A DNA stretch of 64,000 bases from Thermoprotei archaeon (GTDB lineage: Archaea; Thermoproteota; Thermoprotei; Thermoproteales; B15-G16): contig QMRC01000005.1 of the NCBI GenBank assembly GCA_003649205.1, positions 59,821-123,820 on the forward strand. The letters are read 5' to 3'. Below the pieces are notes generated by a model. It made no database searches and was not told where the DNA came from. It saw only the letters and a list, made by a program, of their open reading frames with translations. A program made the position numbers and the translations under genes. Shown here piece after piece: positions 45,900 to 55,377 of this stretch (positions are counted from its first letter, which is position 1; each line of letters starts with the position of its first letter).

Positions 45900-47435
45900 A
45901 TGAAGTTCATACTTAGTGGAAGAATTGAAGCTAGCTCAGAGCTAGATCAGTTGAGAGAGGTAGTTGCTGAAGCTTTGAAGAGAGCTGAAGAGACAGTACT
46001 GCGTAAAGGGGTACCGAAGGGTCAGGAGGGTGCTCACGTACTGAGTTGGTCTATTGAGGGTAGGCTCATCAGAGTAAGCATTGAAGGTAGTAGGTGGGTT
46101 AGAGCACATGTAGCACTCAAGCGATTACAGAAGTTCTTAGCTGAGCAGCTTGCTAGGTATAGGGTAGGTGTGAGGAGAGTTTACTGTGATGAGTACGTAA
46201 TCGAGTTACCTAGACCATTCAACGAGAGGATTGTAGAGAACCTACACTACTACGATAAGGTTAAACACGTTGAGGTATCTGATACAGGTGTCAAGATAGT
46301 ACTACATGACTTAACTGAAACTGAGCTTGAGCGTGGTGATATTGATCGCTTAGTTAGATTAGTTACGTCACCACCTAGAACTATTAGAGATGAGTTAGCA
46401 GGTAAGGTAGGTAAGGTAATTGCTCAATCACCACCGAAAAAGCATTACCTAGAAGGTAATCCAACTGAATTAGCTGAGAAACTGGGTTGGGCTGTGAGAT
46501 TTCCAGGTAGAGCACAGTGGATATACTTACCACCAATGGCAGCACTCATAAGGGCAATACGTGACATATTTTACGAGTACGTAGCTAAACCACTTGGCTT
46601 CATAGAGGTACTCTTCCCCAAGCTAATACCGATAGAGATCGCCTTCAGAGCTAGGAAGCTACAGGGTGAACCTGGTGGAATGTACTACGTTTGCGTACCT
46701 AGGTATAGAGAGAAGGAGAAGTACATACCATTCCAAATAAAGGCAGAGATAACACAGGAATTACCCATGGATGAACTTAAGAAACTACTCGAGGAACCTA
46801 GCTACATACTCGATCCTATTCAGTGCCTTCCATTCTACCAGCTCTACAGAGGTAGAGTACTGAGGAAGGAAGACCTACCCATCAAGGTTGTTGAGTGCGG
46901 TGGTCCAACATACAGGTTTGAGGCAGGTGGTGCTAGAGGTCTAGAGAGAGTTGATGAGTTTTGGAGAATGGAGCATGTATGGCTTGGATTACCTGAGCAA
47001 TGTATTGAGATAAGGAATGAAGTGATGAAGAAGGTAGTTGAGGTAGTTGATAAGGTACTCGATCTAGAGTGGAGAATACAGTTTGCTGGAGATACGTTCT
47101 TCCTAGCTGAAGACCAGAGAATAGACGAGGATATACAGATACCGAGTGATCCTAAGTACGAGCTCCAGATCTACCTACCATATAGAGGTCCCAGGGACAG
47201 TACGGAAAAGGATGTTTGGCTAGCGTGCGCATCATTTAATCTAGCAGGTAATCACTACACTAAGTACTTCGGAATTAAGTGTGCAACCGGTGAAGTACTA
47301 TGGACTGGTTGCTGCGGTATAGGGCTTACTAGAATGGCATTAGCGTTCATAGCTCAGAAGGGGTTTGATACAAGTAACTGGCCTGAAGAGGTGCGAAAGA
47401 GAGTTGGTGAGATCAAGAAACTACCTGGTCTATAG
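45900..47435 (+). CDS. serS: Seryl-tRNA synthetase, methanogen-type (type 2, Zn-dependent)
   Basis: Long alpha/beta N-domain (LRKGVP, RWVRAH.A..R, VGVR), FPGR.QW, FPKLIP, QC.PFY, YRFE.GG..G.ERV.EF.R.E and WTGC.G.G..R. Confidence 0.9.
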   Translation: MKFILSGRIEASSELDQLREVVAEALKRAEETVLRKGVPKGQEGAHVLSWSIEGRLIRVSIEGSRWVRAHVALKRLQKFLAEQLARYRVGVRRVYCDEYVIELPRPFNERIVENLHYYDKVKHVEVSDTGVKIVLHDLTETELERGDIDRLVRLVTSPPRTIRDELAGKVGKVIAQSPPKKHYLEGNPTELAEKLGWAVRFPGRAQWIYLPPMAALIRAIRDIFYEYVAKPLGFIEVLFPKLIPIEIAFRARKLQGEPGGMYYVCVPRYREKEKYIPFQIKAEITQELPMDELKKLLEEPSYILDPIQCLPFYQLYRGRVLRKEDLPIKVVECGGPTYRFEAGGARGLERVDEFWRMEHVWLGLPEQCIEIRNEVMKKVVEVVDKVLDLEWRIQFAGDTFFLAEDQRIDEDIQIPSDPKYELQIYLPYRGPRDSTEKDVWLACASFNLAGNHYTKYFGIKCATGEVLWTGCCGIGLTRMALAFIAQKGFDTSNWPEEVRKRVGEIKKLPGL

Positions 47436-47510
47436 TTTGTCCCCCGCCTACATCACGCAGTTTCATCGCGTGCACATGCACGCTCACTGCGCTTCCCCGG
47501 CGGGGGTGCC
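47435..47510 (-). ncRNA. Canonical single-hairpin H/ACA pseudouridylation guide RNA
   Basis: Minus strand: lower stem CCCCCGCC/GGCGGGGG followed by ACA; pocket GGGGAA / GATGTA; upper stem GCGCAG/CTGCGT; K-turn TGA..GATGA. Pocket top is 14 nt from ACA. AAAAATTTAAG promoter ~25 nt upstream. Confidence 0.85.
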
Positions 47511-47555
47511 AAAGACTGTATTTTACGCTCTTAAATTTTTATGTGAGTTCTTGCG

Positions 47556-48293
47556 GTGGTTATTGTGTTTGCAGTTTCGACCTGGTGCTTCTTCACTCTA
47601 CCTCTCGTTCCAGTACTAAAGTTTCTGCGTAGTAGGGGTATTCAAGTAATTGAGTTGTGGTGTGATAGGTCTCATCTAGATCCATTCATGTCCCCTATAG
47701 AGGCTATGCGAAGAGTTGTAGAGATTACTAGGGAGCTTGGTATTGAGATTCGTTCTCTACATATTCCATGTGAAGTGAGGATTCGTGATATGAATAGACT
47801 CTTAGTGTTCTTAGATGAAATGTCTAAACTAGGTTCTCTAACCTACATTATTCTCCATCCACAAAGTGATATTGAAGTTATGAAGAGGCTTGCTGAGGAA
47901 GTGCATAGTAGGGGCATTCGAATTCTCTTAGAGAATTCCATGGAGTTTGGTGATCTTAATGAATTGCTTAATCTAGTTAAGCTGTGTGGTCTTGATGGTT
48001 TATGTCTTGACCTTGGTCATCTACTAATTCACTACGGTGTAATTCATGTAGCTAAAGCATTTAAGTACATGAATCAAGTTAAGACAATTCACCTACACGA
48101 TAATGATTCAATGCTCGACCTACACCTCATGGTGGGTAGTGGTGTCTTTCCATACCATGTGCTATGTGAGCTAGTTAAGGAATTTAATCCTCAGGATGTG
48201 GTTACTGAGGTTTACTATGGGTACTATGGTGATGATCCAAGTACCCTAGTTGATAAAGTGAAGAGGTTCTGCTACTCAATTGGTATGGTATAG
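47556..48293 (+). CDS. Sugar phosphate isomerase/epimerase (AP endonuclease 2 TIM barrel)
   Basis: IELW, SLH.P, ILHP, LLEN, CLDLGH, IHLHDN...DLHL..G.G and TE. Confidence 0.85.
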   Translation: MVIVFAVSTWCFFTLPLVPVLKFLRSRGIQVIELWCDRSHLDPFMSPIEAMRRVVEITRELGIEIRSLHIPCEVRIRDMNRLLVFLDEMSKLGSLTYIILHPQSDIEVMKRLAEEVHSRGIRILLENSMEFGDLNELLNLVKLCGLDGLCLDLGHLLIHYGVIHVAKAFKYMNQVKTIHLHDNDSMLDLHLMVGSGVFPYHVLCELVKEFNPQDVVTEVYYGYYGDDPSTLVDKVKRFCYSIGMV

Positions 48294-48724
48294 TCCTCTT
48301 TAATAACTCTGAGAACAACCATAGTTGTTGTGTTGAGTACACCATCTAGCTTTCCTATCTCATCCAGTACCTTAGCTAGCTCCTCTCTACTACCTACTCT
48401 AACCTTAAGTATAGCGTAGTAGTCGCCAGTCACATCATAGATCTCGCATATGCTGTTCATGGTCTTTAACCTCTCCAAGATACTATCGTACTTCCTAGGT
48501 TCAGCTCTAATCGCTATTATAGCGGTCAGGGTCTTACCCACCTTCTCAGGATCAATAATTGCTTGGAACTTCCTTATTACCCCATTCCTACGTAACTTCC
48601 TTACCCTTAGGTGAACTGTTGCTTCGCTAACACCTAATCTCTTAGCTATTTCAGAGAATGGAATTCTACAATTTTCCTGAAGGATCTTCAGTATCTCTTT
48701 ATCGATGTGATTCAGCTCTACCAT
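48272..48724 (-). CDS. Lrp/AsnC family transcription regulator
   Basis: IDKEILKILQEN.R.PFSEIAKRLGVSEATV..RVRKL and DVTGDY. Confidence 0.95.
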   Translation of the reverse strand: MVELNHIDKEILKILQENCRIPFSEIAKRLGVSEATVHLRVRKLRRNGVIRKFQAIIDPEKVGKTLTAIIAIRAEPRKYDSILERLKTMNSICEIYDVTGDYYAILKVRVGSREELAKVLDEIGKLDGVLNTTTMVVLRVIKEDYTIPIE

Positions 48725-48956
48725 GACCCCCACCGAGTACTTAGTTAACAATCTGTTACTGTAGTTTTAAAGGTAGTGAATTTAGAGCTTATGTACACTA
48801 CGAGTATACTCAAGGAATCTTTAACTACTTAAAGTCTATTACTGCACTATTCCTGCTCAAGCATCTATTTCAATATGTTTCGGTCATGCTATTGTGAGGA
48901 AGTATTTTAAGTGAGGATCATTGTGATTTTGGTGACTGCATAGTAATGGTGATGGT

Positions 48957-49847
48957 ATGAGGATAGCTGTTGTTCACGATACTCTTAGACCAACCTACAC
49001 ATCAAAGCAATTACTTAGAGCAATCAAGGAGCTTGGTGGTACACCAGTATATATACCACTTAGCTTCCTCTCTGTTGAAGTTTCCTCTGAAGAACCCTTC
49101 AAGATTAGAGGTAAAGTGCTCTCTCTCGATGGTGTATTAGTTAGGTCTATTGGCTTTACACTTGATGTTGATCAATTTGTGTTTAGGGCTGCCATCCTTC
49201 TCCACATGGAGGAAACAGGTATCTATGTAATGAACCCCATACTATCGTTACTGAGGTCTAGGAATAAGTACCTGAGCTTGGTCTCACTTAAGAGGGCAGG
49301 TATTTTAGTACCCTTCACGTTAGTAACCGAGGATATTTGGTATGCATATGAAGTAATTAAGAAGTTAGGTGATGTAGTGATAAAGCCAATTCAAGGTTCA
49401 AGAGGTTACGGTGCAATGAGGTTTAAAGACGCAGACCTAGCTTACGAAGTCATGAGGACACTAATTAGCTTTAGAAAACCTATCTACGTACAGCAATTTA
49501 TTGAGAAACCAGGTCGTGATATACGTGCCTTCGTTGTTGGTGAGAGGGTTATAGCCGCCATGTACAGGATAGCGCCTGAAGGTTCGTGGAAGACGAACAT
49601 TGCTCAAGGAGGTAAGGGTGTACCCTGTAAGTTAACACCAGATCTAGAGGATCTAGCTATTAAAGCTGTTAAGGCTCTTGGTCTATGGTATGGTGGTGTC
49701 GACATTGTAGAGAGTAAAGATGGACCTATGGTACTTGAAGTGAATGGAACGCCTGACTGGAGAGGTCTTGAAGCGGTTACTGGCGTTAATCCAGCTAGAG
49801 AAATCGTTGAATATCTTATACGTAAGATAAAGGGTGTTGAGCAATGA
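48957..49847 (+). CDS. RimK/LysX-family ATP-grasp amino-acid ligase (second paralog)
   Basis: KPIQGSRG.G, QQFIEKPGRDIR.FVVG, WKTNIAQGG, GVDI and LEVNG.P. Confidence 0.9.
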   Translation: MRIAVVHDTLRPTYTSKQLLRAIKELGGTPVYIPLSFLSVEVSSEEPFKIRGKVLSLDGVLVRSIGFTLDVDQFVFRAAILLHMEETGIYVMNPILSLLRSRNKYLSLVSLKRAGILVPFTLVTEDIWYAYEVIKKLGDVVIKPIQGSRGYGAMRFKDADLAYEVMRTLISFRKPIYVQQFIEKPGRDIRAFVVGERVIAAMYRIAPEGSWKTNIAQGGKGVPCKLTPDLEDLAIKAVKALGLWYGGVDIVESKDGPMVLEVNGTPDWRGLEAVTGVNPAREIVEYLIRKIKGVEQ

Positions 49848-49999
49848 CTAAGTGGTTACTTAGGTGTACTAAGTGCGGTAATGTACGAGTGCTGGAGGTA
49901 GGTTACGATCTTAGAGCGTTCAAAAAGATGTACATATTCTGTCCCAAGTGCAGGAGAAATACACATCACGAAATAGTCTCAGTACAAGTTGAGGAGTGA
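49844..49999 (+). CDS. Small Zn-ribbon protein (51 aa, ends in EE), absent from the ORF track
   Basis: MTKWLLRCTKCG...IFCPKCRRNTHHEIVSVQVEE*, with an ATGA overlap on the ligase stop. Confidence 0.8.
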   Translation: MTKWLLRCTKCGNVRVLEVGYDLRAFKKMYIFCPKCRRNTHHEIVSVQVEE

Positions 50000-50001
50000 G
50001 C

Positions 50002-50619
50002 TTACGACGAATTAACTCTAGTCAGTAGTTCCTCACATCGGCACTTCAGTCTCTCAAGTATCAATACATTGAGCATCAAATCCTCTAACTCACATCTACA
50101 CGACTTAACTACCTCACGAAGCTTACGCAATTCCTTCACGTCACTAGTCAAGAATATTCTAGCCTTAGTAGTGTCGTACTTCACTGCTCTATCTCTCAAC
50201 CTAGAACTATATTCAGAGATCTTCTCATCAATAACCTTCATCAGTTCCCTAAGTCTAACTACAGCATCCTCACGACGATCCTCATCAATAGCCTTCTCGA
50301 TCTCGCAAATACGCTCAATCAAGTCATCGACTTCAGAAACTCTACCTTCACCACTCTTATCAACATAAACCAACTTCCCATCCTTAACCAAGACTTTACT
50401 AGCATCGACAACACACAACCTACCATCAGATAGCTGAATCTCAACGGCCTTAGGCCTACCGGTCTTCGAAGAAATTAAAATCCTACGAATAACACCCAAC
50501 TTAGCACCATCAACACCATACAACCCCCTATCAATACCTCTTAAAAGCTCTCTCAACTTACTAACATCAACTTGACTAAGCTGAGTACTGTCAGTACTTG
50601 ACTTCCTGAATAAGTCCAT
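50002..50619 (-). CDS. PRC-barrel plus coiled-coil protein (CdvA-like architecture)
   Basis: LYGVDGAKLG.I..I.I...G....VEI PRC barrel followed by a long helical region. Start set at MDLFRK. Confidence 0.55.
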   Translation of the reverse strand: MDLFRKSSTDSTQLSQVDVSKLRELLRGIDRGLYGVDGAKLGVIRRILISSKTGRPKAVEIQLSDGRLCVVDASKVLVKDGKLVYVDKSGEGRVSEVDDLIERICEIEKAIDEDRREDAVVRLRELMKVIDEKISEYSSRLRDRAVKYDTTKARIFLTSDVKELRKLREVVKSCRCELEDLMLNVLILERLKCRCEELLTRVNSS

Positions 50620-50712
50620 GAACAGTGACACAATCAACACCAGAGAGACTCTACAAACTATTGTGAATAAAGGTAATGTTTCAGTCACAATAGACTACAC
50701 TAGGGAATATCC

Positions 50713-51351
50713 GTGAGTAAGGAAAAACAGCTAGAAGAACTAAGGCGAGTAGTTCTTGAATGTAGAAAGTGTAAGCTATGGCAGTATAGGAGGAATGTAG
50801 TCTTCGGTGAAGGTTCACCATACACATCGATAATGTTCATAGGTGAAGCACCAGGTGAGAAAGAAGATCTAAGTGGTAGACCATTCGTTGGATCAGCAGG
50901 AAAACTCCTTACACAACTAATCAACTCAATAGGCCTTAGGAGAGAAGATGTCTACATAACAAATGTATTGAAGTGTAGACCCCCAGAGAATAGAGATCCG
51001 GAACCAGATGAGATAGAAGCGTGTAGACCATACCTTGAGAAACAGATCGAGATAATTCAACCAGAGATCATAGTGACCTTAGGTAGGTACTCAACGAAGT
51101 TCATCCTAGAGGCAGCAGGTACAACACCGCAACCCATATCCAGAATAAGGGGTACAGTCCTGAGATTAAAGCTCAGATTCTTACCTAGAGAAGTGATAGT
51201 ACTACCAATGTACCACCCAGCAGCAGCACTATACAATCCCAGAGTGAGGAGATACCTAGAGGAGGACTTCAAGAAGTTAAGGCAGTGTATAGAGCACAGG
51301 ATAGCACTTAAGGAACCAGTAACACTCGACAAATTCTTCAACACCACGTAG
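50713..51351 (+). CDS. udg: Uracil-DNA glycosylase family 4 (Fe-S)
   Basis: C.KC.L, IGEAPG..ED..GRPFVG.AG, NVLKCRPPENR and YHPAA. Confidence 0.95.
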   Translation: MSKEKQLEELRRVVLECRKCKLWQYRRNVVFGEGSPYTSIMFIGEAPGEKEDLSGRPFVGSAGKLLTQLINSIGLRREDVYITNVLKCRPPENRDPEPDEIEACRPYLEKQIEIIQPEIIVTLGRYSTKFILEAAGTTPQPISRIRGTVLRLKLRFLPREVIVLPMYHPAAALYNPRVRRYLEEDFKKLRQCIEHRIALKEPVTLDKFFNTT

Positions 51352-51405
51352 GTAATTAATGAGCTAATACTTTTATGCTCATCACAACTCTACTTAACTT
51401 TAGAG

Positions 51406-52863
51406 GTGTTTACCATTGCCGGCACAGTAGAGAGAAAATTATGGTCTGAAAAATTCATGGAGTGGTTTCACAAAGTACTTCGTGAAGCAGAGATCTACGA
51501 GATGAGGTATCCAGTTAAGGGATGCTACATCTGGATGCCTTATGGGATGAAACTTAGAAACAACATCATATCGCTAATCAAGAAGCTCCTCGATGAGACA
51601 GGTCATCAGGAAGTACTCTTCCCAACATTCATACCTGAAGAATTTATCAGAAAAGAGAGTGAGCACATAGCTAAGTTCGAAGACGAGATCTTCTGGGTAG
51701 TTAAGGGCGGTAAACGAGAACTAGAGACAAGACTAGCTCTTAGACCGACAAGTGAGACAGCTATAATGCCGATCTTCAAGCTCTGGATCAGAGCACATAC
51801 AGATCTACCACTCAAGATATACCAGGTAGTCAGCATCTTTAGATGTGAAACAAAGGCAACACACCCAATGATTAGAGTACGAGAGGTAACTACATTCAAA
51901 GAAGCACACACAGCACATGCAACGTTTGAGGAAGCAGCAAAGCAAGTTGAGGAAGCAATTAGCATATATAGGAAATTCTTCGACACATTAGCAATACCAT
52001 ACGTCATATCGAGAAGACCTGAGTGGGATAAGTTTCCAGGTGCAGTCTACACAATAGCATTCGACACAGTACTTCCCGATGGTAAAGTGCTTCAGATAGG
52101 TACGGCACACAACCTAGGACAGAACTTCTCAAGAGCATTCGAAGTAACATACCTAAGACCAGATGGTAAGCATGAGTACGTCTACACCACGAGCTACGGT
52201 ATCTCTGAGAGAGTTGTTGCAGCTGTTATAGCGATTCACGGTGATGACCGAGGACTAGTACTACCACCAACAGTAGCCCCCATACAGGTAGTCATCGTAC
52301 CAATATACTACAAAGGCCAGGAAGAGTACGTGATATCTCACTGCCGTAAGGTAGCTGAATACCTAAGATCAAGAGGATTTACGGTAGCCCTAGACGATAG
52401 AACAGACAAGACCCCTGGATGGAAGTTCTACTACTGGGAGATGAGAGGAATACCTCTTAGACTTGAAGTTGGTCCACGTGACATAGAGAACAAGGTGGTT
52501 ACAGTAGTTAGAAGAGATACCTTAGAGAGAAGGACAATTGCTCAAGACATGCTAGATGTAGAGCTACGTAAGTTACTAAATGAAGTATATGAGAACCTAA
52601 AGCAAAGAGCTTGGTCCTGGTTCAATGAGCACTATCACACAGCAAGTAACATAGAGGAAGCTAGTGAGAAGATGAAGCTAGGTGGAATAGTGGAAGTTCC
52701 ATGGTGTGGAAGTGAGGAATGTGGTTTAGCAATTGAGGATACACTAAATGCGAGAGTACTAGGTGAACCAGTCGATGAGTATAGGAAGTTACGTGGAAAG
52801 CTGAAGTGTATTAACTGTGGTAAGGAGAGTGATAAGGTGTTACGAATAGCAAAAACCTACTGA
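51406..52863 (+). CDS. proS: Prolyl-tRNA synthetase (archaeal/eukaryal type)
   Basis: LRPTSET, FR.ETK, RVRE, QIGT.H.LGQNFS, YGIS.R, a C-terminal Zn site and terminal TY. Confidence 0.97.
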   Translation: MFTIAGTVERKLWSEKFMEWFHKVLREAEIYEMRYPVKGCYIWMPYGMKLRNNIISLIKKLLDETGHQEVLFPTFIPEEFIRKESEHIAKFEDEIFWVVKGGKRELETRLALRPTSETAIMPIFKLWIRAHTDLPLKIYQVVSIFRCETKATHPMIRVREVTTFKEAHTAHATFEEAAKQVEEAISIYRKFFDTLAIPYVISRRPEWDKFPGAVYTIAFDTVLPDGKVLQIGTAHNLGQNFSRAFEVTYLRPDGKHEYVYTTSYGISERVVAAVIAIHGDDRGLVLPPTVAPIQVVIVPIYYKGQEEYVISHCRKVAEYLRSRGFTVALDDRTDKTPGWKFYYWEMRGIPLRLEVGPRDIENKVVTVVRRDTLERRTIAQDMLDVELRKLLNEVYENLKQRAWSWFNEHYHTASNIEEASEKMKLGGIVEVPWCGSEECGLAIEDTLNARVLGEPVDEYRKLRGKLKCINCGKESDKVLRIAKTY

Positions 52864-52921
52864 TGCTCTATAGAGGTAAGAGTTAAATACTTTTTAAAAA
52901 TTGTTCAAGAACGGTGATTAC

Positions 52922-53227
52922 ATGCCAAAGAAGAGGAAGAATAGAGGAAGACATAAGGGAGATAAGGGTAAGGAAGGTTACGTACAGTGCGATAACTGTG
53001 GAAGATTAGTACCGAGGTCAAAGATAGTTAGAGTTACTAGACCATATGTACCAGTCGATCCACAGCTAGCTAAGGAGCTAGAGGCGAAGGGGGCAATAAT
53101 TCCGAAGTACTACGTAACGAGGAATTACTGCATTAACTGTGCAATATTCTATGGAATAATCAAGGTCAGACCAGAAGAGGAGAGAAAGAAGAAGCAGTCA
53201 CTCGGTGCCAAGCCAACAAGCAAGTAA
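52922..53227 (+). CDS. rps26e: 30S ribosomal protein S26e
   Basis: MPKKRKNRGR.KG.KG, CDNCG..VPR.K and YCINCAI..GIIKVR. Confidence 0.97.
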   Translation: MPKKRKNRGRHKGDKGKEGYVQCDNCGRLVPRSKIVRVTRPYVPVDPQLAKELEAKGAIIPKYYVTRNYCINCAIFYGIIKVRPEEERKKKQSLGAKPTSK

Positions 53228-53268
53228 CTTGTTATCGAAGATCCTCAATTGTACTCACTACTTAGGTT

Positions 53269-53916
53269 TTGAGCATTCAATCATTAGTACTCGTGTCCTC
53301 ACTTAATCTAGATTCCCTGGAAGGTCTCAGAATATTTATTGTTAAATCATCAACTGCAAGAACAGTAGGAGACTTCGGCCTGAAATGTCTAGCTGGTGAG
53401 AGTGGTCGTTTAGATGTCATTTGCTCATGTATCATAGCTGCCTTCAAGCTTAGGAATGGTATTAGGAGGAACGTTCTCTTCTACGCTGTTCTAGAAGGTC
53501 CTCCAAGACCGCCAATAACATTTGAGATCAGAGGTTGGGAGGTACATGATGTACCTACTAGTGAAGTTGAGGTGGCTAAGGTGATTAGAGATCTACTCAA
53601 CGTAGATACTGTATGTGACCCTAGGTATCCAGGTTACTACAAGTATCGTATGTCATTTAGAGATCTAGTACTTGCTCTCAAGAGTAGAGGTGTAACACCA
53701 GTGTACCTACATGAGGGAGGAATTGACATAGCTAGAGCATTCCTACCGAAGAGAGTTGCTTTCATAATTGGAGATCACATAGGTCTACCCGTGGAAGATG
53801 AGAGATTTCTAGATAAGTTAGGTGTTCAGAGAGTTAGTTTAGGACCGAGGATTTACCTTAGTTGGTTTTGTGTAGCTTTAATTAATATGTATCTCGATGG
53901 TCTATGGGTTGTGTAA
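53269..53916 (+). CDS. trmY: tRNA (pseudouridine54-N1)-methyltransferase
   Basis: L.G.SGRLDV.C, YLHEGG.DI, FIIGDH.G and VSLGP..Y SPOUT motifs. Confidence 0.88.
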   Translation: MSIQSLVLVSSLNLDSLEGLRIFIVKSSTARTVGDFGLKCLAGESGRLDVICSCIIAAFKLRNGIRRNVLFYAVLEGPPRPPITFEIRGWEVHDVPTSEVEVAKVIRDLLNVDTVCDPRYPGYYKYRMSFRDLVLALKSRGVTPVYLHEGGIDIARAFLPKRVAFIIGDHIGLPVEDERFLDKLGVQRVSLGPRIYLSWFCVALINMYLDGLWVV

Positions 53917-53919
53917 ACT

Positions 53920-54507
53920 ATGACAATTGCTAGGTTTAGGAAGTACTTCGTGAATATGTTAAGTATCCTCTCGACTCCATTTCTCAGGTTAAGTCCAAAT
54001 ACCATAACCATACTCTCACTTCCAGCATCGATCATGTACCTGTACTTCATGCTACAACATCGGTATGTACTGGCTATAGGTTTCTTAGCTCTATCAGCTC
54101 TAATGGATGCTATAGATGGTGTAGTTGCTAGAGCTAGGAACTTAGTTAGTAGAAGGGGTGCATTTCTCGATTCAACAATCGATAGAGTAAATGATTTCCT
54201 GTACTTAGTAGGTCTTTATCCTCTGCTCACTACCGGTATGGATTACGTACTACTTCTACTTGCTCTAGTATTCACGTACTTAATTAGCTATGTAAGAGCT
54301 AGAGCTGAGAGCTTGGGGTTGAAATTAGAGGGTGTAGGTTTCTTTGAGAGAGCTGAGAGAGTGCTTGCTCTAATGTTGATTCTCACCCTGTTTTCAATAC
54401 TTAGGGATCGCCTAACTATCGTACTAGGTCTGGTTGTGTACGTGCTCTGTGCTCTCGTAACAGCACTACATAGAGTAATTTGGGTGTTTACGAGGCTCAA
54501 AGATTAG
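53920..54507 (+). CDS. CDP-alcohol phosphatidyltransferase (archaetidylinositol-phosphate synthase-like)
   Basis: SPNTIT, DAIDG.VAR.....S..GAFLDS..DR, SYVRARAE and ERAER. Confidence 0.9.
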   Translation: MTIARFRKYFVNMLSILSTPFLRLSPNTITILSLPASIMYLYFMLQHRYVLAIGFLALSALMDAIDGVVARARNLVSRRGAFLDSTIDRVNDFLYLVGLYPLLTTGMDYVLLLLALVFTYLISYVRARAESLGLKLEGVGFFERAERVLALMLILTLFSILRDRLTIVLGLVVYVLCALVTALHRVIWVFTRLKD

Positions 54508-55364
54508 CTGGATACTCCTCTACTTTTCATTTTCTCCTCAAGAATTTTCTTCATCTTAACAGCATCCTCATCCAGTACCGGTGATTCACTTATTATGACT
54601 GCATCTAGTCCAAGCTCAATGAGTAGCTCTGCAAGTGGCTCAAATGGCGGTCCATAGTCCTTCTCGTCAAGTGTCCTATGTTCTCTCTCACCACCTTTAC
54701 CGAAGTCAACGTGTGTGAAGTGTATGTGAAGAGGTTTAATGGCTATATCACCTAACTCCTTCTCAACTCTATCAATTATCTTCAGGTAATCATCCTTAGT
54801 CCTGATTATTCCCTGATACCGTGCATGTATGTGAGCGAAATCTATGACAGGTTTACACAGGTCAACGCTTCTACAAATCTCAATCACTTCATCTAGTGAA
54901 CCAATCTGCGAAGTCTTACCTGTAGTCTCAGGTCCAAGTAGAATACCCTTGATGTTCTCCTGCTTAACAAGCTCAACAGCTCTCTTTAGAGATTCAATAC
55001 ATACTCTAACTGCTTCAGCAGTACTTCTCTTACCGTAGTAACCTGGGTGGAAGACCACTAGGTAAGCACCCATCCACGAGGCTGCCCTAGCTGCAGTAAC
55101 TAGTCTATTGATTGAAGCTTCAATAGTCTCCACCTTTTCTGAAGCTAGATTAATTGCGTATGGTGCATGTAGTGAGAGCAAAACATCGTACTGTCTAGCT
55201 GCTTGACCTAAAGCTCTAGCATCGCTCTCACTTATCCTAACACCTCTAACTGCTTGATACTCAAATGCATCAAGGCCTTTAGCTCTCAAATAGGCGGGAA
55301 CACCAATAGTCGATCCACGATAATTCACTGGCCTACCAGCAGGGCCAAATCTAACTCTCATCAT
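54504..55364 (-). CDS. nfo: Endonuclease IV
   Basis: RFGPAG, HAPYAINL, FHPG, PETTGK..Q.GSL.E, DFAHIHAR, HIHF and ISESP. Confidence 0.93.
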   Translation of the reverse strand: MMRVRFGPAGRPVNYRGSTIGVPAYLRAKGLDAFEYQAVRGVRISESDARALGQAARQYDVLLSLHAPYAINLASEKVETIEASINRLVTAARAASWMGAYLVVFHPGYYGKRSTAEAVRVCIESLKRAVELVKQENIKGILLGPETTGKTSQIGSLDEVIEICRSVDLCKPVIDFAHIHARYQGIIRTKDDYLKIIDRVEKELGDIAIKPLHIHFTHVDFGKGGEREHRTLDEKDYGPPFEPLAELLIELGLDAVIISESPVLDEDAVKMKKILEEKMKSRGVSS

Positions 55365-55377
55365 TATTCACCTTCAA

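Noticed and set aside
48802-48834. Short palindromes GAGTATACTC and CTTTAA-CTAC-TTAAAG between lrp and the ligase
   Set aside because: They could be Lrp sites but are too short and AT-rich to distinguish from chance.
49844-49999. Canonical LysW of lysine/arginine biosynthesis
   Set aside because: No EDWGE terminus, a basic overall charge, and no lysYZJK nearby.
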